This document shows, piece after piece, positions 56,399 through 64,000 of a stretch of 64,000 nt of DNA (positions are counted from its first letter, which is position 1; every line of letters starts with the position of its first letter). Position numbers and translations under genes: made by a program. The notes beneath the pieces are model-generated. The model had not been told where the DNA came from. It worked only from the letters and a program-made list of their open reading frames with translations, and made no database searches. This stretch comes from Chthoniobacter sp. (GTDB lineage Bacteria > Verrucomicrobiota > Verrucomicrobiia > Chthoniobacterales > Chthoniobacteraceae). Where the stretch lies: the NCBI GenBank assembly GCA_043779205.1, contig JAYWEP010000105.1:7231-71230 (forward strand), given 5' to 3'.

Positions 56399-56833
56399 TC
56401 ACCTGCCGCCGTCGCTCGTCCATGGATCAAGGAGCGGCACGCCCGCAGCCTTGAAATCGGCAAGGTTGCGCGTGGCGAGCGTGAGGCCGTGGGCCAGGGC
56501 GGTGGCGGCGAGCAGACTGTCCATCAGGGGCAGGCGTCGGCCCGCTTTTTGAGTCGCGATCTGAAGTTCCGCCCAGCGTTCCATCACGGCGGTATCCACT
56601 GGGAGGATGCGGCCGGCGAAGTCGGCCTTGATGCCGGTTTCGATCCAGCGCAGCAGCGCGTTGCGCTTTTTCCCTGCGGCGAGGAGGAGAGCGCCGCGCA
56701 GCAATTCCCCGATGGTGATGGCGCTGATGAAAAGCGACTCGCCGGGCTGTGCGGCAATCCAGCCGAGCACCATCGCGCTGGGCTGCGGTCGCGTCGTTTC
56801 GCTGACGACGTTGGTATCCAACAGAAAGTTCAC
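56399..56833 (-). CDS. vapC: PIN-domain toxin (VapC family)
   Basis: FLLDTNVVSE, ISAITIGEL, DSLLAATA, LATRNLADF. Confidence 0.95.
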   Translation of the reverse strand: MNFLLDTNVVSETTRPQPSAMVLGWIAAQPGESLFISAITIGELLRGALLLAAGKKRNALLRWIETGIKADFAGRILPVDTAVMERWAELQIATQKAGRRLPLMDSLLAATALAHGLTLATRNLADFKAAGVPLLDPWTSDGGR

Positions 56834-57078
56834 AGCTCGATGTCGCGCGGGAGTTCTTTGCTGCGGGTGAGGTCGAGTTCCGTGAGATCGACGGGGCAGG
56901 AACGGAGCATTTCGAGCAAGGTGCGCTTTTTGGGCCGGGCTTTCTGCCAGTCGGCCACGCTGACGATGACCACGAAAGGTTTCCCGTGCTTGGTGACGAT
57001 CTGCGGCTGGCCGCCGGCGGCTTTCTCGGCGACGGCGGAGAACTGCTGTTTGGCTTCCTGGAGCTGGAGCGGCTTCAT
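56830..57078 (-). CDS. Phd/YefM family antitoxin
   Basis: MKPLQLQEAKQQFSAV..PQIVTKHGKPFVVIV; its stop overlaps the vapC GTG start. Confidence 0.92.
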   Translation of the reverse strand: MKPLQLQEAKQQFSAVAEKAAGGQPQIVTKHGKPFVVIVSVADWQKARPKKRTLLEMLRSCPVDLTELDLTRSKELPRDIEL

Positions 57079-57169
57079 GTGGCAGACGGTAGCAACTCTG
57101 TCCTGTCTGTCCAGAATGAAACGAGCAGCGGGGTCGGTCTGTGAATCAGAACGCGGTGACCGCGCCATT

Positions 57170-57676
57170 TCACCGCTGCACCTGGAGGACGATGATGAGC
57201 TGGCCGTGGCCGTACTCGGGGCCGCGGATGAAGAGGGGGCTGCCGGGGGCGAGCTTGGCTTCGGTTTCGAGGAGGGGGCGTTTGTCGTGGAAAAGCTGGA
57301 GGTTCAGGAGGTAGCCGCCGCGGGCTTCTTTCGAGACGGCGCGGCGCGCTTTCACGCTGAGCCAGAAACTCTGGCTGGGCACGAGCCAGCTTTCGTTCTG
57401 CTCGTCGATTTTTTCGGAGGCAGCGCCGATGAGTTCGAACTGGCTGTAGCCAAAGACGCGCTTCAGCCGCGCGGCGAATTCGCGAAGCTCTGGCGGCGCG
57501 TCTTTGGGCGTCGGCGGATTCGTGGCGAGGACGACGGCGCTCCAGATTTTGTCCACGGCGGCGGGTTTCGCTGCCGGCAGGGCACTCGTCCCCGAGACGG
57601 AGATGGCCGTTTCGCCGTCGGCGGCAAAGGCGCGGGCGGCGAGGGCGAAAACGAGGAGAGCGGCGGGAAGGCGCAT
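57170..57676 (-). CDS. Secreted hypothetical protein, last gene of the ECF operon
   Basis: Signal peptide, host-like codon usage, 6 nt from the upstream gene. Confidence 0.75.
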   Translation of the reverse strand: MRLPAALLVFALAARAFAADGETAISVSGTSALPAAKPAAVDKIWSAVVLATNPPTPKDAPPELREFAARLKRVFGYSQFELIGAASEKIDEQNESWLVPSQSFWLSVKARRAVSKEARGGYLLNLQLFHDKRPLLETEAKLAPGSPLFIRGPEYGHGQLIIVLQVQR

Positions 57677-57682
57677 GGGGGC

Positions 57683-58189
57683 TTACTTCAGCGCGTAGGT
57701 GGCGGGGATGTAGTCGAGGCCGTCGAGCCAGACGACGGTGACGTTGTCGGCGGGATTATACACGGTCGTCGCGGAGATGCTCGGGTCGGCGGGCCATGCC
57801 TCGACGACTTGCGCGTAGTATTTCGACTTCTCGCCCGGCGGCACGGCGGCGGGGATGAGCGTTTTGAAAAGTCCGCCCGCGACGACGAGGCACGCGGCAC
57901 CGGCGAAGGCCAGCCGCGGCAGCGACCAGAACCAGCCGCGCGCGCGCACCGGCTCCACGGCGCGCGGCGTTTCGGCGGCGATGCGCTGCATGAGCTGGTG
58001 GTTGAAAAAGTCCGCGTTGCCAAGCTTCGGCGCGGGTTGCGCGCGGAGGAGGTCGCCGAGTTTCTGCGCTTCCGCGCGCTCGCCGGCGGCTTCGGGATGG
58101 GTGGCGAGTTCCTTTTCAAACTCGGCGAGAGCGGGGCCGGTGAGCTGGCCATCGACCCAGGCGGTGAAGCGTTCTTCAAATGTTTTCAT
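57683..58189 (-). CDS. Putative membrane anti-sigma factor
   Basis: MKTFEERFTAWVDGQL..EFEKEL..HPE N-terminus and one TM helix; overlaps the ECF sigma stop. Confidence 0.7.
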   Translation of the reverse strand: MKTFEERFTAWVDGQLTGPALAEFEKELATHPEAAGERAEAQKLGDLLRAQPAPKLGNADFFNHQLMQRIAAETPRAVEPVRARGWFWSLPRLAFAGAACLVVAGGLFKTLIPAAVPPGEKSKYYAQVVEAWPADPSISATTVYNPADNVTVVWLDGLDYIPATYALK

Positions 58190-58817
58190 AGACGTCTTTG
58201 AGCAGGGCTTGGAGTTTTTTGCGGGCGTAGAAAAGGCGGGACATGACGGTGCCGATCGAGCAGTCCATCTGCTCGGCGATCTCGGAGTATTCGAGCCCGT
58301 CGATCTCGCGCATGACGATGGCCGCGCGGTGCTCAGGCGAAAGTTTCTCGATCGCCGCGTCGATGCGCTCGCGGATTTCCTTGTCCGAAATTTTCTCCGC
58401 CGGCTGCATCTCCGGGCGCGGGGCCGTGGCCGCTCCCGGCTCGATCTGGCGGAGGCCGATGGCGTCGTCAAACTCGGTGCCGCTGGCGATGCGCTTCCGG
58501 CGCAGCGAGTCGATGGTGACGTTCATCAGGATGCGGTAGAGCCAGGTGTAAAACGACGACTGCCCGCGAAAGCGCCCGATGGATTTCCACGCCTTCACGA
58601 AGCCGTCCTGGGCGAGATCCCAGGCGTCCTGTTCGTTGCGGGTCATTTGGTAAATCATGGAAAAAGCGCGGCTGCGGTAGCGGGTGACGAGTTCGTTGAA
58701 AGCCGAGGTGTCGCCAGCCTGCGAGCGGGCGACCAAATCGAGGTCATCCGGTCCTTCGGCGGCGGGTTCGGCCTGCGTGAGCACGGGGTTTGACGGCGCG
58801 GTCATGGTTTCATTCAC
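58176..58817 (-). CDS. ECF RNA polymerase sigma factor (RpoE-like)
   Basis: DLAQDGFVKAWKSIGRFRGQSSFYTWLYRI; GLEYSEIAEQMDCSIGTVMSRLFYARKKL. Confidence 0.96.
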   Translation of the reverse strand: MNETMTAPSNPVLTQAEPAAEGPDDLDLVARSQAGDTSAFNELVTRYRSRAFSMIYQMTRNEQDAWDLAQDGFVKAWKSIGRFRGQSSFYTWLYRILMNVTIDSLRRKRIASGTEFDDAIGLRQIEPGAATAPRPEMQPAEKISDKEIRERIDAAIEKLSPEHRAAIVMREIDGLEYSEIAEQMDCSIGTVMSRLFYARKKLQALLKDVYENI

Positions 58818-58856
58818 CGCGAGTTGCGGGAATTTTTGCGGGCTGAAAACGCACCG

Positions 58857-59519
58857 CTATTCGCCATTGTAACGCCGCCTCCACTCGGAGCGGTACTCGC
58901 CCATGAGGAGGATGATGCCGTCGCGAATCTGGAAGAGCCGCTGGTTGAGGGTGGCGAATTTCTCCGCGTCGAGGCGCACTTCCTTGCGGAGCTGCACGGA
59001 GGCTTCGAGCGCGGTCATCACGGCTTTCAGCGCGCGCTTGAGATACGCGATGGTCATGCCGATTTCGTCCACGTCGTCATCGCTGAGCGCGGCGGCGAGC
59101 TTGGCGCTGGCGACCGCGGAGTGCGTGGAAAGTTTGACCGCCGCGGGTTTGTTCTGCGCGTCGCCGAGTTCCTCGAAAAGCTGGTCGATCCAAATCGTGA
59201 GCGCGAAGGACGCCTGGTAGAGCGGATGCACTTCGTAGCCGTCTTCGTCGCCGTTCTCTGCGGTGGCCTCGTCGTCCTCCATGTCCTCCTCGAATTCCTC
59301 GTCGAAGAGCGAGTCCACGTTCTCCACCCATTTTTCGCCGTCCTTGTCGAGCAGATGGTACCAGCCCATCTCGCGGGCGATGATCTGGTCGCGGTTCGGG
59401 TCGTCGATGAAGCGCTCGAGAAGCTCCATGTACTTCTCGGTCTTGCGATCCTGCTGCTGGAGAAAACGCTCCCAATCGTATTCGTCCCAAACTTTTTCAG
59501 GCTCATTCGAGTCGCCCAT
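58857..59519 (-). CDS. Acidic hypothetical protein
   Basis: 220-aa ORF with host-like codon usage, collinear with rlmN and the sigma gene. Confidence 0.8.
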   Translation of the reverse strand: MGDSNEPEKVWDEYDWERFLQQQDRKTEKYMELLERFIDDPNRDQIIAREMGWYHLLDKDGEKWVENVDSLFDEEFEEDMEDDEATAENGDEDGYEVHPLYQASFALTIWIDQLFEELGDAQNKPAAVKLSTHSAVASAKLAAALSDDDVDEIGMTIAYLKRALKAVMTALEASVQLRKEVRLDAEKFATLNQRLFQIRDGIILLMGEYRSEWRRRYNGE

Positions 59520-59564
59520 ATGCAGGTTAGTTATCGCGCGGGCGCGGCGGGAGCAAAGGGAATT

Positions 59565-60641
59565 TTACGCCGTCGCGGCGGGCATCGTCTGCCGGCGCAG
59601 TTGCCCGCAGGCGGCGGCGATGTCGTGGCCTTTTTCCCGGCGGAGAAAGGCAGGGATGTGCGCGGCGGCGAGCACGGCCATGAAGGCGTCCTGCCGCGCC
59701 TCGCTCGGGCGTTTCCAATCGAGGCCCTCGACCTTGTTGTAGGGGATGCAATTCACTTTCGCCTTCACCTTGCGCGCCACGCGCACGAGCGCCGCCGCGT
59801 CCTCGGGGCGGTCGTTCACGCCTTCGATGAGGATGTATTCAAACGTGAGCCACTGCTTTTTTCGCTCGGTGTAAAAGGCGCACGCCTCGAGGAGCACGGC
59901 GAGCGGGTATTTGCGGTTCACGGGCATGATCTGCGAGCGCACCTCGTCGGTCGCGCCGTGGAGCGAAATGGCGAGCCGGACTTGCAGGGGTTGCTCGGCG
60001 AGTTCGCGAATCTGCGGGGCGAGTCCGCTCGTGGAAATGGTGATGTGCCGCGCGCCGAGGCCCACGCCCCACGGCGCATTGATGATCGTGATCGCGCGCA
60101 TGAGGTTCGCGAAATTCGCCAGCGGTTCGCCCATGCCCATGAAGACGATGTTATTGATCCGCTCGCCGCACAGCTCCTCGACGCGCAAGACTTGCTCGAC
60201 GATTTCGCCCGCTGACAAATTGCGGCTCCAGCCGTCGAGTCCGCTCGCGCAGAATTTGCAGCCGTAGGCGCAGCCGACCTGCGTGGAAATGCAGAGCGTC
60301 CGCCGGTCGCTCGCCTCGCCGTAGAGCGCGGGCGAGGCCGGGATGAGCACGCTCTCGATGAGCGCGCCGTCGCTGAGCTGGAAAAGATATTTCAACGTCG
60401 TGTCCTTCGAGCCGAGCGTGCGGACGGGCTTCACGTCGTCGAAAGCCAGCTCCGCCGCGAGCTGCTCGCGCAGCGCGGCGGGGAGATCGCTCATCGCGGC
60501 GAAGGATTTCGCGCGCTTGCCGTAGAGCCACTGCAGCACCTGCTTCGCCCGGTACGCGGGCTGCCCGAGCGCGCCGAGCCGCGCGCTGAAGTCATCAAGC
60601 GTGAGCGATTTGATGGAAGGAAGAGGTAGCAGGGCGGACAT
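59565..60641 (-). CDS. rlmN: Dual-specificity 23S rRNA/tRNA m2A methyltransferase (radical SAM)
   Basis: CISTQVGCAYGCKFCASG, MGMGEP, DIAAACGQL. Confidence 0.97.
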   Translation of the reverse strand: MSALLPLPSIKSLTLDDFSARLGALGQPAYRAKQVLQWLYGKRAKSFAAMSDLPAALREQLAAELAFDDVKPVRTLGSKDTTLKYLFQLSDGALIESVLIPASPALYGEASDRRTLCISTQVGCAYGCKFCASGLDGWSRNLSAGEIVEQVLRVEELCGERINNIVFMGMGEPLANFANLMRAITIINAPWGVGLGARHITISTSGLAPQIRELAEQPLQVRLAISLHGATDEVRSQIMPVNRKYPLAVLLEACAFYTERKKQWLTFEYILIEGVNDRPEDAAALVRVARKVKAKVNCIPYNKVEGLDWKRPSEARQDAFMAVLAAAHIPAFLRREKGHDIAAACGQLRRQTMPAATA

Positions 60642-60715
60642 GCGCCCGCACCTTCACGCAAAACGCCCGGCGCGCAATCCTCACGGTGTTTCCTGCAACT
60701 CGTTGGACGAGAATG

Positions 60716-60797
60716 TTTGAAACCACGGATTGCACGGATTACACGGATTTTGATTTCTGGAAATCCGTGTAATCCGCGAAATCCGTGGTCAAAAAAC
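60716..60797. repeat. Nonamer tandem-repeat palindrome, copy 2
   Basis: ACCACGGATTGCACGGATTACACGGATTT...AAATCCGTGTAATCCGCGAAATCCGTGGTCAAAAAACTG; same right end as 27039-27129. Confidence 0.95.
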
Positions 60798-60826
60798 TGC
60801 CGCTGATTGGTTGCCGCTCGCCCCGC

Positions 60827-61723
60827 TCACACCGGCTCCACATCCACCACCGCGATGGTGATATTGTCCATCCCGCCCGCCGCCATCGCTCCCGCGGAAA
60901 GCGCCGCGACGACCGCCGCCGTCTCGCGCTCGGCGAGCATGATCGCCCGAATCTCCGGCGCATGGAGCATGTCCGTGAGCCCGTCGCTGCACACCAGAAA
61001 GCGCGTGCGCCCGGTGATCCGCAGCGGCTGCACATGCACCACGATCTCCTCCACTTCCTCACGCCCGCCGATGGCTTGCGTGAGTGCGTGGAGAAAACCG
61101 GGGCGCTTGCCCTCGGTCCGCTCGAGCAGCCCCTGGTCGATGAGATCCTCGGCCTCGGAATCGTCGCGCGTGATCTGCACCAGCCCGTCGCCGTCCTGCC
61201 GATAGATGCGCGAATCGCCGACATGAAAAGCGAAGAGCCCGCGCCCGCCGCAGCCGAGGCCCGCGACCGTCGCGCCCATCGCCGCATAATCGCGCTCCTT
61301 TTTGCCACGCTCGCAAAGATGGCAGTTCAGCCGGTGCAGGATTTCCGCGACGCTGTTGGGCGTCACGCGCTTGCACGCAGCCAGCGCGGCGACCACCTCC
61401 CGGCTCGCCTCGGCACCCGCGCGATGCCCGCCGATGCCGTCCGAGACCGCCACAATCCACGGGCTCGCCGCGATCTCGATCGCCACCGGCTCCTCGGCGC
61501 TGCCGCTGGAAAAAACCGCGCCCGCGAGAAACGCATCCTCGTTCACCCGCCGCACTTTGCCCGTGTGGCAGACCGAGGCGCCGCGCACGGCGCAGCGTAC
61601 GAAAGCAGGCATCTCGGTGGAAGGCGGCGCGGGTCGCGCCGCGACGGTGGGACGGCTCGGAGCCGGTGGCGGCGGGCCGATCTTCACGCTTCTCCGTGGG
61701 GGGAGTGGGTGGCTGGAAGGCAT
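60827..61723 (-). CDS. PP2C-family Ser/Thr protein phosphatase
   Basis: GKVRRVNED, AVSDGIGGH, HVGDSRIY, LVCSDGLTD, GGMDNIT. Start uncertain. Confidence 0.93.
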   Translation of the reverse strand: MPSSHPLPPRRSVKIGPPPPAPSRPTVAARPAPPSTEMPAFVRCAVRGASVCHTGKVRRVNEDAFLAGAVFSSGSAEEPVAIEIAASPWIVAVSDGIGGHRAGAEASREVVAALAACKRVTPNSVAEILHRLNCHLCERGKKERDYAAMGATVAGLGCGGRGLFAFHVGDSRIYRQDGDGLVQITRDDSEAEDLIDQGLLERTEGKRPGFLHALTQAIGGREEVEEIVVHVQPLRITGRTRFLVCSDGLTDMLHAPEIRAIMLAERETAAVVAALSAGAMAAGGMDNITIAVVDVEPV

Positions 61724-61839
61724 GGGGTTCGGCGGCAGACTGTCGCGAGATCGCCATGTCTTTCAAGCCTTCCGTAGCGCGCACCGGGTTTTTCCAAAAC
61801 ATTGCGCCGCCCCGCAAACGGCGATACTCCCAAAGCACG

Positions 61840-62748
61840 ATGGACAAAGACTTCGGCCAGATCACCGACGACATCCTCGCCTCCTACACCACCGGCGGCG
61901 GGATGAATAACATCGACGGCTCCAACCTCCCGTCGAAACGCACCCTCGCGACCATCTGCGAAGACCTGCTCCAGCTCCTCTTCCCCGGCTTTCACGACGC
62001 CGAGCCCATCCATTCCAAAGACCTGCGCCGCGTCACCGCCCACCGCCTTTTCAGCATCGCCGACCGGCTCGACGAAGAAGTCTGCAAAAGCCTCCGCCTC
62101 GGCGAGCCCGACTGCCCGCAGGCCCGCGCCGAGGAGATCGTCCACCAGTTTCTCCACACCATCCCGCTCGTCCGCGCCCAGCTCGCCACCGACATCGCCG
62201 CCGCCTTCGACGGCGACCCCGCCGCCGGCGGCTTCGACGAAATCATCCTCTCGTATCCCTACCTCGAAGCCATCGCCATCCAGCGCTGCGCGCACCTGCT
62301 TTACTGCCACCAGCTCCCGCTCATCCCGCGCATGATGACCGAGTGGGCGCACTCCCGCACCGGCATCGACATCCACCCCGGCGCGCACATCGCCTCGCAC
62401 TTTTTCATCGACCACGGCACCGGCGTCGTCATCGGCGAGACCGCCGTCATCGGCTCGCATGTGAAGATGTATCAGGGGGTTTCCCTCGTCGCGCGCTCGC
62501 TCTCCGGCGGCCAGCAGCTCAAGGGCAAAAAGCGGCACCCCACCGTCGAGGATCACGTCACCATCTACGCCGGCACCACCATCATCGGCGGCGACACCGT
62601 CATCGGCGCCGGCAGCACCATCGGCGCGAACGTCTTCCTCACCCACAGCGTCCCGCCGCGTTCGCTGGTCGTTTATGAGGAAAATTCGCTGCGCATTCTG
62701 GATAAGGAAAAGCGGCCGGAGGAGTGGGTGGCGGATTGGGTGATTTAG
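61840..62748 (+). CDS. cysE: Serine O-acetyltransferase
   Basis: AAFDGDPAA, TGIDIHPGAHI, FIDHGTGVVIGET, KRHPTVED. Start taken at MDKDFGQ. Confidence 0.95.
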   Translation: MDKDFGQITDDILASYTTGGGMNNIDGSNLPSKRTLATICEDLLQLLFPGFHDAEPIHSKDLRRVTAHRLFSIADRLDEEVCKSLRLGEPDCPQARAEEIVHQFLHTIPLVRAQLATDIAAAFDGDPAAGGFDEIILSYPYLEAIAIQRCAHLLYCHQLPLIPRMMTEWAHSRTGIDIHPGAHIASHFFIDHGTGVVIGETAVIGSHVKMYQGVSLVARSLSGGQQLKGKKRHPTVEDHVTIYAGTTIIGGDTVIGAGSTIGANVFLTHSVPPRSLVVYEENSLRILDKEKRPEEWVADWVI

Positions 62749-62752
62749 GAAA

Positions 62753-63358
62753 ATGAATGCGCTCACCACGATGGCGCTATGCCTCGCTGTTTGCGTCGCT
62801 TGTGTCGAAACGTCACCCGCTTTAGCGAAGGAAGAGGCAGTCACAGTGTCGGAGGAAAAACTCCTCCAAGCTGCGTACGACGGAAATCTTGAAGTCGTGC
62901 GGCATCTCATCTCCAACGGGGTGAACGTCAACTGCCGAGGTAACGGGTCGCAAACTCCTCTTCTCCATGCCTGTTTTCAGAATCGCACAGAAGTCGCATT
63001 TTTCCTGCTCGACCATGGTGCGAAAGCCAGCGTCCAAAACTCTCGAGGTGACTCGCCTGTCATCGACGCAACTGCCAGGAACAATCTTCCCCTCCTAAAG
63101 CGATTGATCCGAGCTGGTGCCGACATCAACAAAGCGGAAAACCAAAAAGGAAGCACTGCACTGATGATCGCTACGCGGCACAACTACCGGGATGTGCTCA
63201 AATACCTTCTTCAGCGCCGTGAAATTGATTCGCTGGCTCGCGATTTTTACGGCGCAGACGCGCTGCACTACATTCTTACAAATGGCGATGCGGAAACCAT
63301 CGGATGGGTGCGCGACGCCGTAAAGAACGCCCGGCTTAAATCAGCGCGGCGCGATTAG
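62753..63358 (+). CDS. Secreted ankyrin repeat protein
   Basis: Signal peptide; LLQAAYDGNLEVVRHLI, TPLLHAC, TALMIA; visibly lower GC than cysE. Confidence 0.9.
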   Translation: MNALTTMALCLAVCVACVETSPALAKEEAVTVSEEKLLQAAYDGNLEVVRHLISNGVNVNCRGNGSQTPLLHACFQNRTEVAFFLLDHGAKASVQNSRGDSPVIDATARNNLPLLKRLIRAGADINKAENQKGSTALMIATRHNYRDVLKYLLQRREIDSLARDFYGADALHYILTNGDAETIGWVRDAVKNARLKSARRD

Positions 63359-63401
63359 CGGCAGCGCTTGCGCTCACCGCATCACGCCTTAGCTTCGCGC
63401 C

Positions 63402-63617
63402 ATGAACGAACTCGTTTTTGAAGTCATTCAGGAAGAAGATGGGGGCTTCGTCGCGGAGAGCCTTGGCGAAAATATCTTCACACAGGGCGATACGTGGGAA
63501 GCGCTCCGCGAAAATGTTCGCGATGCAGTGCGCTGCTATTTTTTCGATCAGCCGTCCAAGGCACCTGCTCGCTTGCGGCTGCACCTCGTCCGCGACGAGG
63601 TGCTGGCCATCGCATGA
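63402..63617 (+). CDS. hicB: HicB-family antitoxin
   Basis: ELVFEVIQEEDGGFVAESL..IFTQGDTWEALRENVRDAV..F; 71 aa. Confidence 0.85.
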   Translation: MNELVFEVIQEEDGGFVAESLGENIFTQGDTWEALRENVRDAVRCYFFDQPSKAPARLRLHLVRDEVLAIA

Positions 63618-63638
63618 AATTGCCGCGGCTTTTAGGCT
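63614..63638 (+). pseudogene. Stump of a HicA-family toxin gene, interrupted by a REP element
   Basis: ATGA overlap with the hicB stop. It begins MKLPR, as partner HicA toxins of this HicB type do, then runs into the REP at about 63639. Confidence 0.6.
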
Positions 63639-63792
63639 CCTCGTTCCCAAGCTCCAGCTTGGGGACGCCATTGTCTGCGAAGCTCTGCTTCGTCGGCGTT
63701 CGGTGTCCGGGGAGCGTCCCTTGTGGGCCACCATGTCGAAGCAGAGCTTCGGGGACAGGTGCGTTCCCAAGCAGGAGCTTGGGAACGAGGGG
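63639..63792. repeat. About 155-bp composite REP/BIME-like element, copy 2
   Basis: CCTCGTTCCCAAGCTCCAGCTTGGGGACG..GAAGCTCTGCTTCG..CGAAGCAGAGCTTC..GCGTTCCCAAGCAGGAGCTTGGGAACGAGG. Confidence 0.92.
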
Positions 63793-63815
63793 TCTTTCGC
63801 TACATCTCTAAAAGG

Positions 63816-64000
63816 TTGATCTACCTCGACTACAACGCCACCACCCCGCTCGCGCCCGAGGTTTTCGAGGCAATGCGGCCGTATCTGGAGCGGCATTTTG
63901 GCAACCCATCGAGCATCCACGCCGCGGGGCGCGAGGCGCGCGCGGCCATCGACGATGCGCGCGACCGGCTGGCCGCGCTGCTCGGCGCGAAGCCGCATGA
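63816..64000 (+). CDS. iscS: Cysteine desulfurase (IscS/NifS), 5' part only
   Basis: TTG start, then IYLDYNATTPLAPEV..FGNPSSIHAAGREARAAIDDAR. Runs off the window. Confidence 0.93.
   Translation, partial: MIYLDYNATTPLAPEVFEAMRPYLERHFGNPSSIHAAGREARAAIDDARDRLAALLGAKPH

Noticed and set aside
54449-57078. Prophage interpretation of the T5orf172-containing island
   Set aside because: No integrase, structural or replication genes, and no att-like direct repeats were seen.
1-64000. tRNA, rRNA, tmRNA or IS transposase genes
   Set aside because: None recognised by eye in the intergenic regions; tRNAscan-SE, Rfam and ISEScan would be needed to exclude them formally.

Overview
GC-rich bacterial chromosomal window. 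Gene content (DUF1552, DUF1501, PATR autotransporter, DSDGDG-type secreted giants) points to Verrucomicrobia, Chthoniobacter/Spartobacteria-like; this is an inference. The housekeeping backbone comprises cysS, ppk2, an M16 peptidase pair, ispF, suhB, coaC-gmk-yicC, mgtE, dnaX-ybaB, an M20 peptidase, nrdJ, an ECF sigma module, rlmN, cysE and iscS. Four accessory zones interrupt it. (1) 1-17 kb: an N6-adenine methyltransferase and a 1681-aa nuclease-STAND (Avs-like) gene, each sitting divergently just upstream of a broken 3' end of a DUF1592/DUF1585-type gene. (2) 30-37.5 kb: a 1609-aa secreted mosaic protein with a DUF3238-like tip, a tightly coupled membrane-anchored partner and attC-like hairpins, resembling a polymorphic toxin-immunity locus. 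(3) 54.4-57.1 kb: a two-nuclease pair (Zn-ribbon/REase and T5orf172-like) beside vapBC. (4) 62.7-63.8 kb: ankyrin, hicB and a hicA stump cut off by a REP. The window is also full of palindromes built from 6-, 7- and 9-nt tandem units; related 7- and 9-nt units sit in frame inside cysS and dnaX. No rRNA, tRNA, CRISPR array, integrase or transposase was recognised. All family assignments come from motif recognition by eye; no database search was run.
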